A stretch of 61,427 nucleotides of DNA, filler included, from Choristocarpus tenellus KU-1152 (lineage: Eukaryota; Protista; Phaeophyceae), in the NCBI GenBank assembly GCA_964200185.2. It is 12 parts of 12 records of this genome, joined end to end, with 100 filler letters (N's around TTAATTAATTAA, not from the genome) between each part and the next. Parts side by side here need not be neighbours in the genome. Positions count along the whole stretch, not along the records: positions 34,984 to 41,618 come from CAXNAD020007697.1; positions 41,719 to 46,698 come from CAXNAD020012288.1; positions 46,799 to 50,946 come from CAXNAD020015972.1; positions 51,047 to 57,195 come from CAXNAD020008826.1; 8 more parts are not named here. One strand, given 5' to 3'. Of this stretch, positions 38,601 to 51,328 are shown piece by piece. A program made the translations under genes and the position numbers. Every line of letters starts with the position of its first letter. Position 1 is the stretch's first letter. The notes beneath the pieces are model-generated. The model was given only the letters and a program-made list of their open reading frames with translations, had not been told where the DNA came from and ran no database searches.

Positions 38601-41153
38601 GGACTGGACTGTAAACAACTCGTAAAATTTTTTAGAAACAACCCCCCCCTCTCACATTCGGGTCACAAGGTACCCTGTCCACAACCATCAGCAGCAGTCC
38701 CAAAAACTCGACTTGAACTCCGCTGTTCTCTGCGTAGTCCGGGTGCCTCCCTGTCACAAACTGATCATTTTTTATTTTTTATTTATTTTTACGAAGGACA
38801 CAACCAGCAAACAAAAAATAAAAAAGATCATGGGAGGGAGTTAGTTAAAGGCAAAACATTATTCACAGCAGTAGAGGAGGAAAGGCAAAACCGAAAACCA
38901 GAAGGCGTTTCTGTCTCCGCTGAGACTGTTCTAGGGGAAGGGAGGATGATGAACTAACCCTAACCCTAACTTCAAAATATCTGGCGAAAGCAAGAGAGTG
39001 TTGATTACACTAACCCTAACCCTAACCTCAAACACCAATCAACTTATTCAATAGAAATTCTTCACTATTACTTTGAAGTAACCCTCAGCACATCTCATGC
39101 TGCAGCCCCCCCCCCCCAAGATGAAAATAAAAATAGTAATGTTGACCCACATCCCTCACAGAATGGGCCACGCCACACTATCTCTAAAGGGGTCACAAAA
39201 TCAGACACCAACACAAAACCAGTCAACAACAGAAGGGGCGGATGGGCTAAGGGTTAAAGACCCCCCCCCCCCCCCCCCCCCCCCCCCATCCAACCATTTT
39301 TCCTAAAAAAAACAACTAAAAAAAGGGGCGGATGGGCTAAGGGTTAAAACCCCCCCCCCCCCCCCATCCCCCATTGTACATACTTATGTCAGAGAGCACA
39401 CCTTGTAATACAACTCCACACAACATTTGAAAAAATCCTCAAAACCCCTTCCATTAACAATCCGACACATCCTTGCCTGATCCATGAAGGTGTCCATGAA
39501 GTGTGCAATCATCAAAGACTCAGGAATGAACATCCTCAGCTCCCACACCGCCACAAGGAGGTTCCTGGAACATTCCGTCACATAATTTAAGATTTCTTTT
39601 TTACTCGATAAAAACAAGTCATTAAAAAAATATATAGGTTGTACAAAGTATCACTCAGAGATCCGCAACTGCTGCAGCCAAACAAAAAAACAAAATTAAA
39701 AAATCAAACGTAAAACACTTCAGAATACCTTTTCTTCACCATAAAACACATTCAAACTTGTGCTTAGAAATGGCATCAAAATAACTTCAATTTTTTCAAA
39801 AAAAGGTTCAACCCCCACCAAAGAGGTATTAACCTGTTATTGTACTACTATAAAACATAACCTATAATAAACCAAAACAATTGGGAGGGAGGAGGAGGAG
39901 GAGAATGGGGGGGGGGGGAAGAGTGTGTGTGATTGTGACAGCAGCAAGTTAACCTGGGAAAGTGTACTGGCAGGCCACACACAAAAACACCCACATAAAC
40001 AAAGGAGTGCATGTAGTTGGATAAGAGTGGAAGAAATAGTGTGTAAGAAGGGGAAGATACCTGTTCATGGCTATGTCATTGTCATCATCCAAGAAGTTAA
40101 GCTTTCGCAGTATCTCCCTCGACGTCTCCAGATAGTGCTCCTCGGGCTGTGAAAAGAAAAGGTACAATGGAACAGCAGAAAGGGGTATTCATGTCGTTTA
40201 CAAGGAGGGAGTTTCTGGTCAAATACCCTAACCCTGTGTATGTATGCATGTATGCATATATGTATGTATATAATACGAGACCTTGTAGAATGTGTAGAAC
40301 AGCAGACACAATCGGCGAAGACAAAAAAACCCCTCAGCAGACCCCATCACAGAGAGATCACACAAAAATCGAGATCAATCCACACAAACACAAAAACACA
40401 CACAAACCTAAACTCAACAGCAGGCATCGAATTCCCATGTTCAAAGTTCCAACACTGTTCATTCTCCCACCCATCACCACCCTCTGCTCTATCAAACACT
40501 CAACTATTATTAACACAAGAAAAAAAAGAAAATGTAACAGTCGAATGATATCGAATGATACCCCTCCCCCCATCACCTCCACACCCTCGATGAACTCCTT
40601 GAGTGTCCTGGAAGCCATGCGACGTCCCATGGCACTATCCACATGACACGAGTTCAACCCAGGTGCAATCTCTGACAAACACAAACCATCAAAACAGTAC
40701 AGAACAGGAAAGATCAATCATCCCAAACAGCAAGAGAGAGAGAGAGCCAGTGTGAGTGTGAGTGTGTGTGTGTGGGGGCTCACTTCATGTAGCTGTTTGG
40801 ATAGAACTCTCAGTAAAAACCGAACAAGAATCGACAACAATATAATATTATTATTAATTTAATAATGCAAAAAACAGTACTACTCTACAAACACCCCCTC
40901 ACCACAAAAAATAAAAATATAAAAAAACAAGGGCACCCTCGCTATTGCTATTGTTGTCACTGCTGCGAATGACCAAACCTGAGAGGGCACTGTGCAGAGG
41001 CAAGGTCGGGTACAGAGGATCCTTCCCTACAATGGCAGGGATGTCTCCCAACATGAGGCCCTGGATGTTCTGCCAGTCCATGTTCATGTACAGAAGGTTG
41101 CCCTGAGTGTCCAAACCTCGCCTACCCGCCCGCCCAGACATCTGCTGCGCAAC
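35645..41153 (-). CDS. DDX60-like Ski2-family RNA helicase, 3' part (at least 8 exons; 5' part not identified)
   Basis: Phase-compatible exons 41153-40979, 40671-40577, 40146-40061, 39564-39477, 38760-38656, 38160-38022, 36411-36374 and 35857-35685 (or read-through to a stop at 35645). Motif VI QMSGRAGRRGLD is followed by GNLLYMNMDWQNIQGLMLGDIPAIVGKDPLYPTLPL, a DDX60-like post-motif-VI pattern. Confidence 0.8.
37025..37270 (+). mobile_element. Ty1/Copia RNase H relic inside a helicase intron (antisense)
   Basis: FEDNDGAIK..SSSRTKHKDTRNHF and TEFQHAYLLTRG..FNRH (cf. EDNxGAI..RTKHIDVRxHF, QxADILTK). Confidence 0.75.
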
Positions 41154-41544
41154 CTGCATCATATATGTATATATGTATGTATTGTTAGGGTTAGGGTTAG
41201 AACAGTCAAAAGCAAGTGAGTGCCCCACCAAGAGATTCTAACGACACTTCTGGTGGAAGGCGTTTTTCTTGGGAGCACACAGAGTGGAGCTTCGGAGAAA
41301 GTCCTTTGTAAGCTACACTCAGTAACTCGCTGAAGCAGTCGTAGGTATCATTATCGATAGGTATCCTTATCGATACCCCCTCAAACAAACACCTTTACAT
41401 CCTCTACAAGAACAACACCTGAACAAACCCCTTTTTGTAGAGCTCAAAACAGTCAAACAACCCCCTCCCCTCCCATTGATCCTCAACTGCTTTAACTCTT
41501 CAAGGAGAATATAATATATTATCCTTGAGCAGACATGTGCATGT

Positions 41545-41578
<34 letters not shown>

Positions 41579-42231
41579 GGGGGAAGGGGGGGGAGAAAGT
41601 AAGGGGCATTCCACATTTNNNNNNNNNNNNNNNNNNNNNNNNNNNNNNNNNNNNNNNNNNNNTTAATTAATTAANNNNNNNNNNNNNNNNNNNNNNNNNN
41701 NNNNNNNNNNNNNNNNNNGGAAAAAAGGCCCCCCCGGGGGGAAACCCCCCCCCCCCCCCCCCCTCCCCAGATACTTTGGGTCTGAAACATATCTTACCGA
41801 GGTCAGTATGTGGCATGGCCTCGTTAAGATATTGAAAGCCCCTGGCCTAGCCTTGTCGAATCAGCACACCCTGATCGTCCTGTCAGACATATTCTATACA
41901 CCAGGCCAGCCCCGTTGATGAAAGGATCAATCGATATTGTTACCACTAATATCCGTACTATTCTTTCAATCAACATTTTCCTGCATGAAATCTCAATATT
42001 GAATTATTATTATTATTAAAGTATCAAATTATCAATATTGAATTATTTTCAAAGTATCAAATTCACCAATAAATTTGTTAATAAGATGTAAGCACAAAGA
42101 AAATAATGCGTCAAATGCATTGAACATACACCATATATGAACCACCTGGCACCATCCAACCAACCTCGGACCTGGTCCAGCCCTGTCAATACATTTCATG
42201 ATTGGGCGTGTCCATGTCCCATTCCAGGACT

Positions 42232-42493
42232 GAGTCAAAGCATTTAAGAGGGTAGAACCGTGTCCATTTGGAGGCCAAAATTCAATGTTACGATTTTGAT
42301 GTAATTTGACTGTAGTGTTTGTTAGGAAGTGTCAATATCCTTGTTCTGGACACACCTTTTCATAGTTTTATACATGATTCCTACTCCAAAACATTTTGGA
42401 GTAGGAAAATGTCATAATAAAACACGTGGGAAGCCAAGCTCCAAATGGACAAATAGGGCAAAACCAGTAGTACCTTTTAAGTTACTTTCACTC
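42232..42493. mobile_element. MITE family A copy
   Basis: GAGTCAAAGCATTTAAGAGGGT ... ACCTTTTAAGTTACTTTCACTC. Confidence 0.85.
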
Positions 42494-43894
42494 TTATTCT
42501 GGCCAACCATGCCTACTGGTTAAATTTCAAACAACCTCCATGTCCTTCATATGTTCCTGTTGGAAAAATAATCTTACTGGACCAGCCCATTGTCCGTTCC
42601 CATTGCAGTTACCCAGTCCACTACAATACTATGGGAACATCCAAAAGATGAAAAGCGTATATCAACACTGCAGTTCTACCGAGTGGTTTGTTACCTCAAT
42701 GCTCAACTGCAGCGTTTGGAGTTTCATATGAAGATGGTTACTCCTAGCCTTCATGATGCTCCATTTCATTGTTATAGTTAGGGTTAGGGTTATGTACCTT
42801 TTGTTACAGCAGAGCTTACAGCTCGGCATTCTATCACAAATATAACATCCTGCATACAGTACGAAGACAGGTGTTAATTGAAACTAGGAAGGCTTTCCCT
42901 AGCGTTAGTATGTATCCTCCTGCTCTTGGAAGCACTGACTGATGGTTAGCTCAAGTGTCACAAGGTTCAAACATATGTTTTTTCTCCCCCCTCATATTAT
43001 GAGTGATGTTACGTTTGAGATGGACAGAGAAGGCTGCAGTGTGGATGCCCTATATTGGCTCAGCATGAGATTTGTGCTATTCTTGTCTGAGTGTTGTTGC
43101 TTTCACATCATGTCCTCACTCCTCAATCTTGGCATTGCCCCTATTTCTATACACCCACTACTTGTGTAGCGTTGTTAAGAAGGAGCAACCGAAACCAATA
43201 CCCTCCACACACCCACTGCAATTTCACCCTTGAAGTAGGTAGCCCTTGCAACTCCCGAAACCAAACCTCTTCATCATTATGGAACACCTAAAGGGATCAT
43301 GGTTGACGTTGCGTGCCTATGCTTATCGGTGAATTGGTCATTGTATAGACCAACACAAAGCGTAAAGAGAAGCATGTCAAGGCTCTCAGTCAGACTCCTT
43401 GGTTCCCAAAGATGCTGGAGCAACTTCAACCAACATTGGATACGTACGGCATGCCTCCATGCAACCTCCGCCTATCAGCAGCTATCTACAAGGTATAGTG
43501 TTTGAGGCTAGCCTACACCTCAGTATTTCAGTAATGTGTTCAATGTGCTGGTTTGGATTATTATTGATGGGGCCGTCGTTGCCTGCAGAGACAGCTCTTT
43601 TTTTTTTTCGCAGTCAAGTCATGTCGAAATTGCCCGCGCTACTACAACCCTAACAGGTGCAATAGAACCCAAATTGACCTCACAGGTGTATGCCTTCATC
43701 CTCTGCACACTACAAGATTCCTCCGGTGAAAACTAACCTTATACATAGTTAGGCCTCCCAAGTTATCAAGCTTCTCTGTACATGTTCCATGCGCCTTACC
43801 CAGGCTAACTTTGATAAAGCCACAACAGTCCACAATTACTTTTCGAGCTAAGCATTTCCATCATTGTAATATATATTAGACACAAATCCCAGGT

Positions 43895-45511
43895 GAGTCA
43901 AACTGAACGAGAGATACCCAGAGTTGCATTTTAAGGATGCCAGTAAACAATTGTAAAATTCGGCCTTCATTCTCAAATGTGTATAGGATATTTTCCAAAT
44001 TCTGTTGGAAAGTTTCAAACAGTAGAGAAATCAATCCCCTCATCTCAATTGTGGCACATCAAACCCACAGAAATATGGGTAAGTTGCAAAGATATTGAAA
44101 AAAACTGACTTATATTGCAAAAAGGACATAAAAACTGGAAATAATTATCTTTTACTTTCGAACAGTTCAGTTCTGCAGAGACACCCCCATGAGGACACAA
44201 CAAGAAATACTACAAATTGAGTAAGTGGGATAATGATACACTAAGCAGTACTGCATAGTAGCACACATGCATCACAAGACACATGAAAGATAGGGTACAC
44301 GGTCGTCACCTTTCCATTTTGTATATCAGAGGGGAAGAGTGAGGAGTTGCAAATCTGCCGTCATGTTTTTATGAGGACCTTCTAAGCAGCTTTTTTTCTT
44401 CTGTGGGCGGCAAACATGCAATTTGCTCTCTCTTCACTTTGCCAACGATGAAATCTTTTCATTTTGAATCTCTCTTGCCACACTGTAATGTTCACAGTGA
44501 AACTGGTATTATGGAGACAGAGTATACGAGGGTTGCATTATTAAGGAATGCTAATAATTATATGCAAAATTCGGATTTTTGTACAAATTCGTACAGGAAA
44601 TATTCTCAATTCTGTCGAAAATATAATTCTTCGAGTCATAGGAATATCAACTACTTTCAGTCAATATCAACGCTCTCGAGTAAACCTCTGCGCTTCACGC
44701 ATACAAAGAAGGACATCCCATGCTTTCAAGATATGAAAAAAAAGTGAATTTAAAATGCAAATGTCCTGAACCTGGGTACCCAATGTGCTACAACAATACT
44801 AACTATACTTACTGCGCATTTGATACGACTGTATACGGGTGCATTGAAAATGTATGTTTGAGAGTCTTGGACAAGAACCTATAACACTACATTCCACTTC
44901 CGATCTTCTCCAGACAAGCTTGGAAATAAACGATACTGCTGGTGAATAATGCCCCAGCACAATTTCCCAAGAACAACCTCAAGCCATGCACTAGTCTAGA
45001 GCGTCTATCTCACTGCCCTGTGCTGCGCTACAAGCATTAATAAACGGCTCCCTTATGGTCAAGAAAACATAGTCCAGCAGAAGATAGGGAGATGGAAGAA
45101 GTACAGAGAGCCATGAAGAGGTGCCATCCCCTCAATTCATATTGCTTGGCCGCCTCTCAGGTAATGACAAGCGGATTCCAGATCACTGTCTCCCTTTTCT
45201 GGGAGCTTGTGCTCGCATCCTTTGACCAGGTGAAAGCATAACCCAGAGTCAAAGTCAAGAAGAGGTACCCAGAGTTGTCTTGTAAGGATGGAAAATTTGA
45301 GCAATATTTGACTTTTTTGCAAATAAGTGTAGGATATTTTCCGAAATGTGTCTAAAATTGATGAGCAACAGAGAATCAACCCTCTCAAGTCAAATGTAGC
45401 GCTTCATCCATAGAAATATGGGTGAATTGCACAAGATTGAAAAACTGACATACACGACTGACTTGCATTACAAAACGGCCAAAAGCTGGGTACCTGTCAA
45501 TTAGTTTGCCC
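43895..45511. mobile_element. Cluster of three MITE family C copies (43895-44160, 44514-44781, 45246-45511)
   Basis: Each begins GAG(T/A)CA(A/G)A and shares the internal g(a/g)gttg..taagg(a)atg..caaa..aa(a/c)ctgg sequence. Confidence 0.75.
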
Positions 45512-46192
45512 ATTTCAATGAAAAATGAACACATACATATACTCAGTATTTCCTAGAAATTAGAAAAAAAAGGTGACTTGGAGACAGACTAACGATTGGT
45601 GTAAGACCATTTCATTCACACTCACTGCTATTTCCTACCACGTTGTGTGTAATTGCATAATTCTGGTATATCAACCAATTCCACCATACAAATGCCCACC
45701 ATAGCCCTAACTCCAACCCTGCTACACTAAGGTATCTGATGCTGCTTCCCTACACCATTACATACAGTCCTAATTGAAGTTTTACACGAGAACTGAGAAC
45801 AAAAGTAAAATATGTTGATTACTCTGTTGTTGCTGCAGGACCTATTTATCATACTACAGTTCTGTTTTTGGTAGTGCCTGACAAAGGGGTGGGGAATAAG
45901 AGGAAGCCATCTACAAAAATATTAGCATGCCGAAGCTTGTTTCAAGGAGCATTTTGTGCAATTTGTCCATTTTGTGGAATCAAATGAGGCTCTTTCACCA
46001 TAATCAGTCAACCATTGCTCCAGACATAGTGGAGTCAGTCCCGTGGTCAACTTAACCCTAACCCTGACCCTAACATAGCCATGTAGACTCCTGACTTAAG
46101 AAACAAACAAAACGAATCATTGATTTAGCTGGGAATCCTTGTTGATATAAAAAATCGACCTCCGCTGATGTGAGGAGTATCCTTTTTTCCAG

Positions 46193-46549
46193 GTCAAACT
46201 TGTACCTCTCTCAATATCGATGCTTCTAAGCCTGGTGAGGCGTTTGTGAGCTTGGAGGCAGAGAAAATTGTCGACTTTATGAATTTTAGTATGCTAGTCA
46301 TGGAGTAAGAACGGGCAAGTTCCACATGTTGTTGGTTTCACATTCAACAAAGGAAGTGACTCCATGATATCAATTCAACACCCCTTCAATCCCGGGATGA
46401 TGATGAGCTTTCGTTGGTATGGATGTATGACATTGGTTCAGGAGGATCACCGACACAAGTCAGCTCAGAAGATGATCTTCATCACCCTCAGAATGCTCAA
46501 GCAGCGGCCGGACGAATATTACAATTTTTTTGTGAGCAATGACGTCAAG
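46193..46549 (+). CDS. Two candidate exons of a SPIN90/Ldb17 (DUF2013)-like protein
   Basis: Exons 46193-46234 and 46442-46549, canonical splice sites, phase 0: VKLVPLSISMLLSL|EDHRHKSAQKMIFITLRMLKQRPDEYYNFFVSNDVK. Resembles the Q-LIL-LL--LF----YEYFYTNDL(K/R)VL motif. Confidence 0.35.
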
Positions 46550-48373
46550 GTATGATAGATGTGGAATGCAGAAACATGGCTACCTATCCTCACAAAGACA
46601 TGTTGCTTTGTTGTAACAACAACAGTGATAACTGTGCCTCGACTATTAATTCCCCACCCACACCCCAACCCCATGGAAAATGGAGCCCAAAATCCTTANN
46701 NNNNNNNNNNNNNNNNNNNNNNNNNNNNNNNNNNNNNNNNNNTTAATTAATTAANNNNNNNNNNNNNNNNNNNNNNNNNNNNNNNNNNNNNNNNNNNNTT
46801 CGGGGCCCCAAGACCCCCCCCCGTTCCCCCCCCCCCCCCCCCCCCCGCGCGCAGATATTTGAGTCAGATATGCTCAAATTCGGCTTCTTGTACAAATGCG
46901 TAGGAGGGATTTACTGCATTCTGTTGGAAAATTTCAAACAGAGAAATCAGCCCTCTCAAGTCAACCTTAGTACTTCGTCCCTAGGAATAAAGGTGAAAGG
47001 CACGACGAGATGCAAAAAGTGTCTTAAAATGCAAAATGGCCAACACTTGGGTACCTCTCGTTTTCCCTGTTATTGCTTCCCTCTTGTTTCCTTTCTTTGT
47101 GTGACATATGATGCGCAGTGTTTTTCGCCTAGGTGAGCCTGGAACGGCATCAGAAGTTTTGTGGGTGATAGTCGTGTAATACATCTGGATTCTCTTCGTT
47201 GCTTTCCTCAGAGATGCATTGAGTTCTTCCTCCTCTCTCTTTCATTTCTTCTTCTCGACCTTTCTTGTTTTTTCTGTAGTACTCGTTACATTTCTCCAGC
47301 AGTGTATATTGCGTCTTGCCTCCTGGTGGCAAGCATTTCGACCACAGTTCTAGAACCCTTCAGACTATTCAGCCATGTGAAGGAGGACAACAACAATAAC
47401 AATGATGCTAGCGACTGAAAATAATAACATTTTTTTATTAATGTGTACTGGAGGACAACCAGAAAGGGATACGTCAACTGATGCGGAAGATGGTGCGAGG
47501 TTGGGGGTTGATGCTGCTTCTTTTGTAAATATCTACATATGGTGAGAGGCAGCATCAGTTGCTCAACGAGGAGCACCTATTGGTGGATCTGATTCCACCT
47601 TTGACGAGAAAGCTGCTTGAGGAGGCAACGCTTAGGGTTTGTGGATATTCAACGTGTCACAAAAGTGTTGAAATCTTCCTAGTGGTCTTGTGAGATATGA
47701 AGACGACCCCCATGAGCTGAGACATGCAACCAGTATCACGCTGCCACACTGCAGTTGGTCGATGTGGAGGTGGGTTGTTGCTTTGTTGGACAAGTGAGAA
47801 TACGCTGAAATCCGTTTGCTCCCAGAAGGTGGGTACATATTCACGTATGCTCAATTCAACTGATTTGTAGTGTCCACAATCTCTGAAAGATCAAGAAGTG
47901 CACTGGTGACAGGTGGCTTTTGGAGAAAAAGGAGTTGAAATATCATACGTTCTTGCTGGGACGGTGTGCTCCTCTATACGGTACAATATGCTTTGAGAGC
48001 GGTTGGAGGATTTGGTCGAAACGAACAATTCTGCTGGCAAGGCGAAAAAAAACGAAGAAATTTCGGGAAAAGGATGTGTCACTAAGGTTAATTAAATATA
48101 TACCTTGCTTTGGTGTGCTTCTCTACCATCATATATGGGGTAAATTGAACCACATTTAAAAGTGAGCATTGAAAAAGAGAAAGCTTATGAACTAATCTGA
48201 GTTTGTGAGTGTGATAATTCGCAGTGGTAGATACGTAGACTGAGCTAACGTCTTGTCAAGGGAAGAAGAAAAAGGTAAGGAGGGTAGACAAAAGTTCAAG
48301 CTTGAATGGCTGGGGAGCAGATATCGAGTAACTGAGAAGTTGACGGGAAATGAGCAGCAGGAGAAGAGGAGAT

Positions 48374-48542
48374 GAGTGAAAGTATCTTAGAGGGTACGAG
48401 TTTTGCCCTATTTGTCCATTTGAGACTTGGTTTCCCTCAGGGGTTTTATGATATTTTCTTACTCCAAAATTACATCGAAATCGCATCATTGGATTTTGAC
48501 TCCCTAATGGACGCGGCTCTACCCTCTAAGATACTTTGGTTC
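48374..48542. mobile_element. MITE family A copy, internally deleted
   Basis: agat|GAGTGAAAGTATCTTAGAGGGT ... ACCCTCTAAGATACTTTGGTTC|agaa. Confidence 0.87.
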
Positions 48543-48707
48543 AGAAGGAAAGAGGTAAGAGGGAGCGGACAGAACGAAGGTCAAAGCCAAAGGCTGGGGT
48601 AGGAGGGCAATAAGGGGCAGGCCCAAGGCAACCTGTGAGCAATTCTTTTACATCCGCCCACCCTTTGATTGCTCGCAATTGAGTGAGATGTTGGGAGGGG
48701 GGGAGGA

Positions 48708-48882
48708 GGCTCAAATTATCTGGGGGGGGGGGCGGCTGTCCATTTGGGGCCCATTTTACGATTTTTGTGTGTTTTGGTTGCATACATTGGATGGATAACG
48801 TAAGTGCACTTTCCTGGTTATGGCACAAATGAACACCCTGCTGATGTAGACCGCCCCGCCCCCCCCCCAGATACTTTGGGTC
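48708..48882. mobile_element. MITE family B copy
   Basis: GGCTCAAATTATCTGGGGGGGG ... CCCCCCAGATACTTTGGGTC. Confidence 0.85.
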
Positions 48883-49059
48883 GAGAGGACAAACTCAGGT
48901 GGGGTAGATACCTTTTAGTTCAAAGGCACGGTATGACACCGGATGATTGGGGGGTGTTCTTGGATGAACGTGGAGTGTAGTAGATTGTAGTGGAGGAAGG
49001 TGGAGTGTTACACATAGAGGTTGAGCGGTTTGGGAAGATTGGGGAGGAAGTGGATTCTC

Positions 49060-49156
49060 GGAAATTGGCCGCATTGGCTGGTGAGTGGATACGCAGGAAA
49101 CTGGCGGCATTGGATGGTGAATGGGTATGCGGAAATTGGCCGCGTAGTTGGTGGGG
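49060..49156. repeat. ~35-bp tandem repeat, 3 units
   Basis: ggaaattggccgcattggctggtgagtggatacgca / ggaaactggcggcattggatggtgaatgggtatgc / ggaaattggccgcgtagttggtg. Confidence 0.75.
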
Positions 49157-51328
49157 TAATAATGATAGTGTGGAGGTGGTGGTGTGGTAAGGGAGAAGCG
49201 GAGCGACATGGGTTAAGGAGGAGTGGAGTGGTTGTAAGGCTAAGATGAGGCTTACAGTTTAACCCAGAATTCGTGTAGAAGTGATTATCTACTCCACAGT
49301 ACACTATTATGGAGTATGCAACGGTTCTTGCTTTCGTCATTCAACCACCAGTCTCAATGACATGACTTGACTTCCTGGACTGGGTCCTAAAGTGGTACCA
49401 ATTAGCAATCTTTATTTTTTTCACTGTATTGCCACAAGAAGTATACAACAACATAAAGATAAAATGAAACCTTATGTCCAAGAGGTGTTGAAGGTTTATA
49501 TCCACGAATGTACTAAATCCAGTGAACGGGAACTTTGCCCCAATCAAAGAAAGGAAAAAACGCGGGGGAACATCTGCAGTGTAATATTGATGGTCACAAA
49601 CCCAAAAGATACAAAAATGAAGGGACTGACTAAATTCCCCGCTTAAAACTGATCCAGGGTACGTCGCTGGCCAAGTTTGGAGCTTGTGGCGATGCCAAAG
49701 AAAAAAAGCAGGATTTGCAGACCTCTTTTTAGCTCTATTTGCGGACTTCTTGAGAGCACACACACACGTGACGAACACAGCAACAAGAACCATGGCGGTG
49801 AGACAAGGAGAGCCGCCAAGCCCACTCTGCCCCCTGGATCTATCCTCGGCACCTTCTCTGTTGAGAGGCGACAAAATACAAGTACCGTGTGACATTCGGT
49901 GTGATGTTAGGTGACGAGAAAGTGCATGTAGTATGGCGCAGCAGCATAATCATATCGGGCAATGGATCACGCGGCTGCAACACTGACGCTGAGAGAAGAT
50001 GAATGGAAAGCATTACCACACAAACGTGGTTGGATCTTCAACCACGTCGGAGCACTGCTCTGCAGTTTCTGCTGCCTCGGGAAAACAGGAAGAGAGCGGT
50101 GAGTCCATCACCAGGTGGTATAGTGACGAAGTCTGTGTAGAAGCCTGGTCACGGCAGGTGAAGGGAGAACCGGGGTGGCCGCCCAATGGGAAGGTTGGGG
50201 AGGAGAGCAGTGTGACTGCGTGTCATTGCGCTCAGGAAACGTCTAAGTGAAATCCGGGTGTAGAATATCTTTGTATTTGACAGTTGCAGCAGGCCCTGGC
50301 TGTTTGGAAGGTATATGAGCCAGAGTGGCTTAAGGAAACGAGAAATAATACGTTAGGGTTGGGTTACAAGGGCTCTGAAGCCGGAAAGAGGATCGAAAAG
50401 GCTCGCAAGACGGAGGAGAAAGCGATCGTAACAAAGGAAGCTGAGGAGACTTTTCGATACCACCAAATCCTCTACTTAGAAGAGGTTGTGAAGGAGGTGG
50501 AGGTGGCCATCGATGAGGACACCAGGGAAGAAGAGGAGGCGAGATTGAGACCATGTGCACACTGATGGTTTGGTGTCTCCTACCTCTTGCAAGATGCCAT
50601 ACATTCACTTTTGTTCCTGGACTTACGGTTGGACGTATGAAATTGATTAAGGCTTTCTCCTGGGCTGTATTCATTTGAGAAATCGACACAATTTTCGATC
50701 AACTCAAGCCTGTCTTCCCTCACCCTTGTGCCCTGATAAGATATTACCCACCCAGGAAACACGGACGACGCCCATTTCCGGCGCTCAACGAGGAAATGTG
50801 ATAGGAAAGGCTCTAACACTGCGAATCCTGTACCGGTGTATGAATGACGGGAAAGATCGTCAAACGGCGGTCGAGATGGCAGCAGGATATGCGATGGTCA
50901 GGTCGGGAACTGTGAGTAAATGGTAGAGAGACTTCCTAACTAAGGGNNNNNNNNNNNNNNNNNNNNNNNNNNNNNNNNNNNNNNNNNNNNTTAATTAATT
51001 AANNNNNNNNNNNNNNNNNNNNNNNNNNNNNNNNNNNNNNNNNNNNAGGGGCCCTTCCAAGTGCAAAAACAGTGGCATAAAAAACCTTGAGGTGCTTTTT
51101 TAAGACCGTTTTCGCAAAACAATCATCCTCACAGTCCTGCTCCATCCTCAATTTTGAGAATCCACTGTTGAATGTGTCGTTCATCACTACCCTATCTTTT
51201 GTCATAGGTTAAACCTAGTTTAGAAACATACTACCATCAGTTCAGTACTCTTTTGTCAAAATACTTTTTTGTATTGATTTAATTGAATTATTCTTTCCCT
51301 CCCTCACATATCCTACTTCTAGTTTGAA

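Noticed and set aside
39233-39365. Duplicated 30-nt motif followed by C-runs
   Set aside because: Local duplication next to homopolymers; may be an assembly artefact.
49341-49895. 184-aa minus-strand ORF; LPGLGPK HhH-like motif on the plus strand
   Set aside because: No coherent domain; surrounding stops; motif too short to support a call.
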